DNA of 64,000 nt from positions 64,606,001-64,670,000 of the forward strand of contig NC_087437.1 of assembly GCF_036321535.1 (NCBI RefSeq). The letters are read 5' to 3'. The notes under the pieces were generated by a model that saw nothing but the letters and a program-made list of their open reading frames with translations, searched no databases and had not been told where the DNA came from. A program made the translations under genes and the position numbers. Position 1 is the first letter of the stretch; each line of letters begins with the position of its first letter. The DNA is from Camelus dromedarius. Lineage: Eukaryota. Below, piece after piece: positions 26,901 through 38,900 of the stretch.

Positions 26901-29900
26901 TTGTTTCTGTAATCTAGCATATTAACTACTTTATTTTTACTGTAATCATCAAATTTATTTGTTGTATTTGTATGAATGGTTAATAAAAAAGTTGAGCCAG
27001 GTGAAGAACATGTTATTAGAGCTTGCTCCAAATTAACATTTACCCATTAGTCACCTCTTCCAGTAAGACCACTGACTTGGCTAGGATTCCCTAGGAGTAC
27101 TGTAATCCAACTGCCATTTTGCTTGCATTGCTACATGAGTGTCATCAAAAACTTTGTCAAGTCTCTTGCTGAAATTAGCATGCTGAATGTTTAGGACATT
27201 TATCTCCTCACCCAGCAAATTTCTACTGAATGACTTCATTCATAAAATACTCTGCCATAAAATATGAGATTAATTTGGCAAGTCATCCTTAGTGAATTCT
27301 TGCTGGCTCCTACTTCTCACTACAGCTATAAAATTAGATCCTGCAAGCACACTCAGAATCTCCTTATCCAGTTTCTTAAGACAATTTATGTTAAAGAGAG
27401 ACTTAAAACTCATACATAGGAAAAGGATTAGAAGGAAGTATACTAAAATAATAATAGTGGTTGTCTTTTGATGTTTTTTCCTCTGCCTTCTAAGTTTTCT
27501 AAAATAGTAGAGGCAGTACTTTTAATTTTTAAGAATTCTGCCCATTATTTCCTCGTTAAGGCTTATCTGATTGTGAAACCTTTTAAACTACCCTAGTCTC
27601 AAAGTGATGGAACTCAATTTTACATTTTTTTTTCTTTTTTAGATTTCCAACATGAAAGAGATGCTAAAATGGAGGGAGGGATATTATGAAGTAAGTTTGA
27701 GCTATAAAGTCCTTGCCTTGAAATCAAAGGATTGTTTCTCTTCTTTCCTTTTATTTTATGGGGAGACAGAACCTAATCCTCCTATTGATGAAGTCATCAG
27801 CACACCAGGAGTAGTGGCCAGGTTTGTGGAGTTCCTCAAACGAAAAGAGAATTGTACGCTGCAGGTGCGGACCTTTTTCATTTCTTGCCTCATATCTTAA
27901 ATTTGCATTGTAAATTTACATTTTGTATACAGATTTGTTACTTATTTTAATCTAGATGAGGGATTAATTTTTTGATACTGATGTTCCCCACAACTACATT
28001 GCAGATTGCTCTGATAGCTTTGTTAACATCCAGGCCCTTGGTTTTGCTCTTTAAAATTCTTGTCATTTTTAGTCATGTGAAAGATTATTTTATAATGATT
28101 GTGGATCATACTTACCTAATAGGGGATTGTTTGTAGTAGAGGAGCCATTATAAGGATCTAAGTGTGGGCCATGTAAAATTTGGTTTTGAAGGATTTTTAG
28201 ATTATACTTGTTGGCCTTCTTAGGTCTGTGTTACGTGGGCTAGATCAGAGACTCACTGATTCCCAAACCTGGTCCTAATTAATCCTCCCTCTTGCTTGAC
28301 CCCAAAGTTGCTGACAAGGAGATAGCCTTGTAAGGAATCTGTGTGTTTTCTGTTATGTTAATTTAGCCTATCAATACTGTATTATATAGGGGTTCCAAGA
28401 GGAAATTCTACAACTTCTGGATTAGGTAATTTTTACAGTAAAAAGAAACAACTGTTAACTGACTCTCATCCTGGGAGTTATTTAGAAATTTTAGAATACT
28501 ATATTTTTCCTCAATAAAATTGGATTTTGAATAAATGTAATTTTTTAGTAGCTCAACTTCCTTGAAGTAACCAACTGAATCAGTTTCTGTGTTATTTTTT
28601 TAACAAATACCTGTGATACCTAAATTCTCACTTGCAGGATCTAATCTGAATGGCTCAGGCCCTTTAGAGAGATTCTGCAACTCTAAAGATTGACTACATG
28701 CCCGGTAGATCACAAAATGGGGTTATTTTTCCAAGTAAATATTTACTAATAACAAGTTAATCATAAAGATAAACTTTCACCCCCTTGTTTATTTTGCCTT
28801 TGCTGTAAGGCTGTAAGCACTGGGGCATTTTTGTAAGTGACAGTCCTTTTCCCCAGGTTCCTTTCTGTCCAGAGCATTAACGATAATTCGTAAGACTTGA
28901 TGCTTTGTCTTGATATTTTCTCTCCTTTCCTCCCATCCCATCTTTCTCCTTCTTTTACTCTCTTTGTTGCGGTGATGAGTTCCTTCCAGAGGAAAAACAA
29001 GAAATCCAGAAAAGGTAGAGTACTTCAGTGTCCCATCAATTTTTCTTCTCCAGTTTGACATTTACTAATCCCCGAGTTCATTTGAATTAAGATTCTGTTT
29101 TGCTAGCTGCTTTCTGGATTGTAATTCTGGTCCCCATCTAAGGCCAGGATCACCAGCCACCTGGAAAATAATCAGGTTCATCTAGAGATCAAAGAAAGAG
29201 GACTTTTCTCAGAAAAAAGGAAATCCAGACAACCAACACTGCAGAGAACAGAGCCTGAGCCCCTAAGCAACCTGTCAAGAGAACCAGAGGGAATAAATGA
29301 AGAGCCTTACTGCAGTTTATCTTTTGAAAAGCTTTGTAGGAAGAAAAAGGGAGGTAGGGAAAATTATCATTTTGTTCATGTGAAAATGTTTCTATCCTCT
29401 CTACGATAGTAAGAGTGGTTTGGAGACACTAAATTTGCTCCTGGATCTAGCAGTTTTTAGTAGGTGGTTGCAGAGGTCCAGTTCCTTAATGCATTAAAGG
29501 AAGATGGTATAACTAGTCCTGAAATGAAAAATGTCAGAGAAACAGGTCTTTTCCCATCCCTGCTTTCTCCAGTCTCTGTAAAGAGCATGATATATTCTCT
29601 CAGACAGTGTCCTCTCCTGGCTAACATATGTGAAGTCTACATCATTTTTGATTCTGTAATTCTGAAGTGTGTATCTTAACACATCTGAAGATGAAAACCT
29701 TCAGAAATCTCTAATTTGCTTCTATCTAAATTCTCAGATTCCACCCTTGTAATTAGACTCAAAGATTGAGAAATGATTCCTCTGGAAGTGATCACCTCAA
29801 GATTTTCACTTTAGCTATCAAAAGCCTGAGAGATAACCAACCTGTTTATTATCTAAAGGTCATCATCCTCAGCTTTTCTTCTGTGTACATTTAAGAACAA

Positions 29901-32900
29901 CATGATGTTCTTTCTCCAGTGTGACTATTGGGTAACCTTCACCACCCCAGAAGCAGGAGGAGCAAGTATATTGATGGATACCTTAGAGCCAGGAGGCTTC
30001 ATGCTCAAATAATTAGACATGCTCTGGAAGCTTGGAGGTTACTCCTTCCTCTGTCTTCCTGGAGAGCTCTAGGATGTAAGTTGTCCCTGATACTTCTCCC
30101 TGCTTATTAGAAATCTGAATAGTACGTCTTTGAAATGGGACATTTTCCATTTCTCTTCTAGAAAGAGAATAATGATATATGGTCATATTAGTTACTCACT
30201 GATAAGTCCTTGAACAAACTTAACCCCTTCATTCCATAGATAAAGAACTGTGAATCCTAATGAAAAGTCTCATCACTCCCTTTTTGGCTTTCCTTATCCC
30301 CAAATCAGTGGGGTACTTCAAACTAGGGAGATAAAAATATGCCTGCTTTGGGCAGTGCTACCTAGATACTCACTTGCCCTCAGATGAGATGAATATGGGT
30401 GGAATCTAGGATTTTGGAAGCAAACAATGCTGTTTAACTAAGAGCATTCTTAATTTCAGTGACATACAGGCCACAGACATCCTTGAGTCCTTAACATGAG
30501 ATTGATCTGCCTTATGATATATTCCCTGGGCTCACTTTGATTGGTTTTTGGAGTCCAGGTCCAGCATCTGTGTATAGTCCTTAGCAATGCTGAGATGTTG
30601 CATTCCCAAACCTTCCTATAGAAACTTATAAAAAATAGCTAGAAGTCAGTCAGTAACTCCTAGTTCCAGTCATTAAACAGATACTCCTCTTAAAGTTGTA
30701 AATTTGAATTAAATTGATTTAGTTTTCCCATTTCTACCTTTCTGGTCCCCTCTGAAAGCTAAATGTGACGAACTGCAGTAAGCCTTCATCCTTCTACATC
30801 TTTTCCCATCCTCATTGATCCCTCTACCTATCTTGAAAGGTTGCTTAGATGACTCAGGCACTGTTCTCTGCAGAGTTCGATATCTGGGTTTATTTTTCTG
30901 ATGTGAGCCTCTCTTTTCACTTGCTCTCCAGGTGAGCCTGGCATTTGCTAGGAACCAGAGTGGAACCGGCAAAGTGGCCAGCAACAGAGTCCTGATCCAA
31001 ATGGAGAAAGGGAACCAGGCGTACCTCAACCTGGAGTGGGAAACTTGATAGGAGGTCAGAAGTACTTCAGCTTTGGATTCTCATTTTCCTTACTTAAGGA
31101 ACTGAGCACCAGAAGGTAGAGACTGAGAAAAGGAAAGAGAGAACATACCAAATCTTCAGTGTATCCTTCAGATTTCAGTTGTAGCCTTATTTTAGCAGGT
31201 TCTGGACAGTGAAATATAATAGTGGAATTATAATTTATAAGCAATCACAGCTGCATGATCCCATTCTTGGAATATAGTAGTTTGGAATAACAAAGAGGAG
31301 GTAAACATTGTAGTTATTTTGGCTATTACTTCAGGTGATAACCATTTTTAGATATTTTTCATTTCATCATGCTGCTGAGTTTTTCTTGAGTTGCATGCTG
31401 ACTTACTTAGATTACTTTTTTTTGGCCATTTCTGTTATAACTGTATGCAGTTGTTTTTGGTATCAACCAACTCTATGCATTCCCATTTTCCAACTCTTTC
31501 ATGATAAATTCTAGTTTGGGACCCAAGGCTGAAACATTCCTCCTGCTCAAAAAATAATGACTGCAATACCCAGTGAAAGAGAAGCTACATAGTTCAAAGT
31601 ACAACTGGTTTTTAAAAAAACATACTTACATATTAAACACATTTGAAAGTTGCTATTCCAGCACTTTAACAGGAGCCTGTACTCATGGGGAATTTTCTCT
31701 TCTCTATCCCTCTTCTTTCTCATACATACATGTATATCACATATACACACACGGGTAAAGAAAATTGCACAAATATAGCTTAATGAGTTTTTACAAGGTA
31801 AACATCAAAATAATCAGCACCCTGTGTGTGTGTTTTACTGCCTTATTAATTCTTGAATATAATTTGAGTTTTCAGTGGCCCTCTGGTTTTAGTTATTCAT
31901 CTAATTCTGTCCCCAATAATGATGAAACTATTTTCTGATTTCTATTCTTAGCAAGAGAGACATAGAATTTTCTTCACAGAGGTTATAGTCGGTTTGTACT
32001 TCTTAGTAATAAACACAACTCTGGTACATTCTTTTTTTGCTGAGATGGCCTAATTTCCATTTTCTTCCATTCATGTTCAGGCTTTTATTTACTTATTCTC
32101 CATTTTCTTAATCATTGTCACTCTATATTGTTTTGCTTCTCCATTTTATTCACTTCAGCATCATCTGGAATTCCCTCTCACTTCCTGGGAGACCTTTGGT
32201 GCTGAATCTCTTCAGATAAACAGCAGTTTGAATTCTGGCAGCAATTACTATTTTAATTTCTTTTCATTGAGAGCTCTTTAATATATCCTTTTTTTACTCA
32301 GGTTATTGTTACCATTTCTTTTGCATCAAAATCTCACTGCAAACTATTTTCTCTTTGATAAGATTGGTATGTCTGTCTGCTCATTCTCTACAGGTTGCTT
32401 TTCCTCAAAGTTTGCATTTTTTGACTGTCGAACTTTGAGCCTGCCTTCTTGTAGGAAAGTTTGCTTTCGTATTCATGTCATATATCCCTTTTACTAGTTA
32501 ATTTTCCTAGTAAGCAAAAGAAACTGCATTTTAGGTGAACAGTGTTTTCCTTTTAGCATTCATTAAATAATCTGGCATATCATTATTTGAAATTTCTTGT
32601 CCTTGATACCAAAACTACAAGCAGTCAAGATTCTTGTCAGTGTTACAGGTATATTTCAGAGTGGAAACTATGACTGGGCTCATAAACCTACTAGATGAGG
32701 AGGCTGTAATCCAGTTCTCTTTGACTGACTATGTAACATTCATTACTCGTATCTTTTTCTGATAGTTTCCTCATTCGTAAACTAGAAAAGCCAGGCTTCT
32801 CTGGGTTGTTGTAAGGAACACTGAAAGTGTGTGAGCAGTGCTTTGAAAATACAGAGTAGTGTATAAATGGAAAGTTTAAATTCAGACAGATTGAAAAGGT

Positions 32901-35900
32901 TTTGAACATTGGTATGAATCATTATAGAGGAGATATGTGATGAGTTTTTATTCTGCGATACTCAGTGTTTTAAAAATCTCCAAACTTCTAAGTTATCAGA
33001 CAGAAAATACTCCCTTTTATTGTGGTGCTCCTAGTCTGGGCCTCCCTACTGCTGTAATATCAGGGCCCTAATTGGCTATCAAATCACTGTATCTCAGATC
33101 TCATTTCTGTTTATCACATTTATAGGTTTCTTTGAATATCCCCTTTAAAGGGTCTTCTGCTATGAATTTGCTATCATTCATGTAGCTTTGGACTGTGCTC
33201 TAATTGTCTCCCCATTTCTTCCATCTTCCCCTGCCCCCAGTGATTGATGCTTCATTTCTCCATATGACAGCTGGCTTTCAGTTGACCCAGAAGCTTAAAA
33301 AGAGTCCTAGCTCCATCTTTTGATGACTTTTATTGATTTCTTATTCAAGGAGCATATCACTGAACTGAAGACAGAACAGAAGGAGGAAACAAAACTAAAA
33401 TTTAATTAAGAACTCTGAATAGAAATATGAGTTTATTCTTGGGCTTTAAGGGTTCATTCTTGGGTTTCTCCATATTAGGCTAAAGAGTCAAATTACTACA
33501 GAAATCTGTAAAATTAGTAATGTGATATATTTTTTGTTGGCCACAATATCCTTCATACCTTCTGCTTTCCAGTTTATCATCCTTTAAGAATGCTCTTTTT
33601 AAAAGAGTCTTACCTCTGTGCCTTGGTTTAGAGTCTTCTCATTTATTATAAGCTCTTATCCTCTGAAGTTGCAATTTTTATTAACTGTGTGCCTGTTAAC
33701 TCTTTTTGACCTACTTATTTAAATTGTCTTTTGCCTTTTTCACTCTGCGTATATTTTACTCATTTTACACTAACATTCTTTCCCGACTTCACTTTTCCCA
33801 TCCTGTAGAAATTATTTAATTTTATTTTTATTAGATAAATGCATGGTTTAAGGCCAAAAGATCCATAAAGACTTTACTGTGATAAATGTCTTTCCTTCTC
33901 ATACTTGCTTCCCATTCACCCTGACCTCTCTATGTAAGTAACAAGTATTTACAGTTTATTGTGACTCCTTCAAGAGATAGTCTGTGCAATAAGTAAATTA
34001 ATACATCTATTCCTTCTTAACCCTTTTAGAAAGTGTAGTATGGGATCATATTAATGTACAGTGTTCTCCTTTTTTTCCCCTCCATTCATATATTGGGAGA
34101 CCATTCCATTCAGTATATGAAGCACTCCCCTATTCTGATCGTCTCATGTTAACTCTATCTTGATCTGATGTTTTAGATACCCTGAATATTTCTCTAGGCT
34201 AAGGTATTTCTTCAGGAATTATTATTTTAAAATTAACATAGTATTTACCTGATAGATTATGCAAATAATGATCTCAGATTCTTTTCCTCATGCACAGAAA
34301 ACCTTTTTGTTAATAAGTAAACAAGCTATTAAATTCTATGTTAAATTATAAGATATACTTATAAGATATAAGCTATATTAAATACAAGATAATGAAATTA
34401 TTTTTATCTTTATAGTTTGAATCAGCTTGGGTACTGACAAATATTGCTTCAGGAAATTCTCTTCAGACCCGGATTGTGATTCAGGCAGGAGCTGTGCCTA
34501 TCTTCATAGAGTTGCTCAGCTCAGAGTTTGAAGATGTGCAGGAGCAGGTAAAAAATGAAACAAGAGAAGCATGTCAAAGGAAATACTTTTTCCTTCGGTC
34601 TTGCATTCAGGGTCTTAGTTTTACCATTTGGATATGATATCCATGGTTCATAATAGGGAGTATTCTAGAAATCTCATCTTACCCAGATGGAAAGTTTCAT
34701 AGTGAATGTAGGCAGAATTTCTCCTAGAAACAAAACCATTTTCCCTTCCAACCATGAAATTCTTTAAGCCATATGTATGTATATATTCACACACACATAC
34801 ATACTTTTTAGACTATGTAAGCAATTACTGAGGTTTTTCTTATAGTTATCTCTAGTTTTGAAGTGGCAAGTCTATGCCACTTTCGTGCAGAAAAGGACAT
34901 AGAAAATGTGAGTTTTTAAATTACTGTAAACTTTATCAGATTTGTAAATATAAATCACTGCTAAATGTGTATGATTTTCTTCTACAGATTTATTGAGGTA
35001 TAATCAAGCTACAGTGAACTGCATATATTTAATGTGTGCAATTTGATGAGTTTTGACGTGTGTATATACCCATGAGACCGTCATTATAATGAAGATAATT
35101 AATGTATCTATTGACTGCAAAAGTTTAATAAAGTTTTCTGCATTTTGATTGCTCTTAAATTCTTTGTTCAATGTTTTCTTTTGTAAGCAAGTTTAAAATA
35201 CATTTTTAATTAGCTGAGTAAGCCATTTGAATTTCTGCTCTGTTCTAAGGGCTGTATGGATTGCTAGCTACTTGGGGGTGGGATCCCCTAAGATAAAATA
35301 TTTATGTGTGAAAACTGGTAGGTCCCTTTAATAAGCTTACTGCCATGAGTGTTCACATGTTTACTTTATAATATTTTTGATTGGTCTTCCACCAGTCCCG
35401 CAATTATTTCACTTGACTCCCTGATGAATGAATTTAGATTGTTAATATGCAATGTCCATGTATAATATGTTGTTTAACTATTATGTAATTTTGTAAAGAG
35501 TTATTATATGTTGGCATCTTTTTTGAGAGAATTATGAGAAGATTAAACTCTGTGATCTGTCATTAATGAATAATTCTTTCACAGGCTGTCTGGGCTCTTG
35601 GCAACATTGCTGGAGACAGTACCATGTGCAGAGACTATGTCTTAGACTGCAATATTCTTCCTCCTCTTTTGCAGTAAGTTAGTTTCTTCCTTCCTTGCTT
35701 CCTTCCTCCCTCCTTTCCTCCTTTCCTCCCTCCCTCCCTTCCTTCCTCTCTTCCTCTCTTTTTCTTTCTTGTAATAAAAATATGAGAAGTTCCTCAGAAA
35801 GCAGTGCATCTTTCGAAATCACTTTTGATTTCCTAGTGCTACTTTTCATTATGGATATTTTCTTACTTACTTGTTCAGATCATTTCTTCAGGCATCCTGT

Positions 35901-38900
35901 CTTATTCCAGTGCCAAAATTCTGAATTCCTTGTGTTAGAATTAAACTTTATTGTTCTGAAGAAGAGCTATTTGAAGACATCTGTTTATCGATAGCATTAA
36001 ATAATATTAAATATTTTATCTTATGCCACCAAAGAACTAATGCCCATTATATAGTTTACCATTGTATCATCATGCTTACAGGTTATTTTCAAAGCAAAAC
36101 CGCCTGACCATGACCCGGAATGCAGTATGGGCTTTGTCTAATCTCTGTAGAGGAAAAAGTCCACCTCCAGAATTTGCAAAGGTGAGGATTATCCTTGTGG
36201 GAAATTTGCAGAAAAAGTATAGTTAAAAGAGTATAGCAACCAGGGGGAGGGTATAGCTCATGTAGTAGAGCGCATGCTTAGCATTCACAAGGGCCTGAGT
36301 TCAATCCCCAGTATCTCCTCTAAAAATAAATAAACCTAATTACCTCCCCCCACCAAAACACCAAACAAAAACCAAACAAACAAAAGAGTATAGCAATCAG
36401 TATTAATGTGAACAGAATAAGAATTATTTTTAATAAAATTTAAAATGTTAGAATTTTGTTTCTAGAGAAATAGGTCTTTTTGTTGTTTTTGTTTTAATTT
36501 GGAATAAATTTTCATTGCCTATAAAAACCTCTGAATTAATCTTAAAATGTGGCATTTTTTTGTTCTTAAAAAGTATCAAAAATGCAGAATTTCCTAGCTT
36601 TAGCACTTGTGAAAATTCCTTTACCTCTTTGGTCCACAAAGCAAAGAATGTGTTTTGACAGGGACTCACTCTGAGAGTTGGTATTTATTCAACTTTGCTC
36701 TTTGAAATTGTTTTTCCCTGGGCTCTGACTACCTTGTTAAGGTAAACTGCAAGATCACTGACGGCATTCCCAAAGATGGAAATGTCACTTGGCCACTTAC
36801 TAACTCCATTTCTAGAAGTACTAATAACCCCAAAAGTCACCAGATGTGTGCCTGGTTGCTTTCTGGAATTTCCACCTCACTTCTTGCTTTTATGTTATTG
36901 AGTTTTATAATCATATCATCTTCCCTTTGCAGGTTTCCCCCTGTCTGAATGTGCTTTCCTGGTTGCTGTTTGTCAGTGACACTGATGTACTGGCTGATGC
37001 CTGCTGGGCCCTCTCATATCTATCAGATGGACCCAATGATAAGATTCAAGCAGTCATTGATGCAGGAGTATGTAGGAGACTTGTGGAGCTTCTGATGTAA
37101 GATATCTTTAAGAAAGTTTGTCTGTTCTTCTGTCCCTCATATTCGTTTTCTAGTTGTTGATACTCAAATATTAATATGTTATTCTGACTCATTGTGCTTT
37201 GGGCTACTGTCTTTAGTTACTTGTTTATATTTATGTCACAACTGTTTATTTGTTTTGAGGAGTATAAAGAACCTCTCACTCTTAGGCAGAAACATTTGGA
37301 AAACTGATCTATGTAATTATAGCTCATGTTTAATGGCCTGACACCAACCACTGGATAGCAAAAGGCATATTGCCACTAGAAACAGTCATTCCTTATCTTT
37401 TGTCTCATTTAAAACTTAACCCACAACTGGTTTTAGACTTTCAATTTTATTTTGCTTTATCTTTGTGACGCCTTTGATTTATGAAGTGGAAGATTTACTG
37501 ATGGCATAAATAAGACTATCAATCAAGTTTTTAGAAAATACTATAGAAGAAAAAAATTAGAATGATAACATAATGGGGAAATGGTACAGTTACAAGCCAT
37601 GTGAGAGTTAACTGAAGGAAGTACAAAGGAGATGCAAGGGAACATTGCCCCAGAGAGGACATGTGGAGTGGATTAGATAGTATAATTTACAGAACATAAA
37701 ACTCAGGGATTATGACTGGCCATAGACTGGGTGCAAATCAGCAGCATGATGCTGTTGTGAATTAAAAGCAGTATGGTGCTGGAGGAGTCAGAAGTACAGC
37801 ATTCAGAATCTGGAAGGTAATCTTTTGTACTCTTTAGTCACTAGATTACTGTATATTTTAACCATTTCTTTTCAGCCATCAGATCTTAAAATAAATATGA
37901 AGAAACTGGCATAGTTTTGAGAAGAGTGATCAATCTCATTAAAGGAGAGAGAAAGTAAGGTTTTTAAGGAAAGCTAAAGGATATTAAACTTACTTGGCAT
38001 GAGATCAAGACTTAGTATCTGTCTTGAAATATATAAAGGATTTGTACAGGGGTTTTTCGAACCAGTAAGTCAGCTGAGGTGTAGTAGAAAGAATTTACTA
38101 TTTGGAGTACGAAGCCTGGCTTTCATTTTCAAGTTAGTACAACTATTGACATATTTTTATTTCTGTGAAAATTATATGATTTATAAAACTTAAAAGTGCT
38201 ATATAAATGTTAACTATTTCTCTCCACTATCTCAGCAACCATAGAGACCAAGTGAAGGGGAAACAAAACCTGTATTAAAAAATGAGAGGGAAAACTTGGA
38301 ATCCAGGTGATGAAATACCTGGTAAAGATTACTAGGACAGATTTGTAGTTTTTATCCAAAATACTAAATAAAGGGAAAGACAGGGGACACCAAAAACATT
38401 CCATCATCATGATAAGGATGATAGGATTCTCTTAATAACCACCATAAGTACCTTTCTCTTCAAGATCCTATGACATATTTTGGGTTTCAGCTCTAAGGAA
38501 AAGAGACTAAGGCTGTAACTGTTGGATGTAACATTTCTTTTTATGATTGCAGGCATAATGATTATAAAGTGGTTTCTCCTGCTTTGCGGGCTGTGGGAAA
38601 CATTGTCACAGGGGATGATATTCAGACACAGGTATGAATAAATGGTAACTACTTTTTCCTTCAGAAACAGCACATTGACACCCCCTCACCCCCATGATTA
38701 TATTTCTGTTATAGTATTTAACTCTATGTTATAGGGGAGAATTGACAGTCTTTTTCATTAATGTTTGTTAAAAGTGTTGCTTGTAGCTATTTTGGGTTCC
38801 CTATGATAGAACTTACTGTTTTGGCTAGTTGGGTTTATTTCCCACTATCTGTTGGAAGTATCTTGTGAGCATCAGAAGCCTCCAGTAGCATCCTTTCTCT

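Noticed and set aside
28789..29061. 90-aa ORF as a functional gene
   Set aside because: Only [13 protein letters not shown] is cerebellin-derived. The rest is frameshifted sequence and read-through past a lost stop, so it is treated as a pseudo-exon.
29910..30012. tttctccag followed by a short open frame (TFTTP), considered as CBLN exon 2
   Set aside because: No convincing match to VLVNIGNNFD...[23 protein letters not shown] on either strand.
31915..31945. ATGATGA...CTGA resembling snoRNA C/D boxes
   Set aside because: The boxes are only ~10 nt apart with no terminal stem, too short for a snoRNA.
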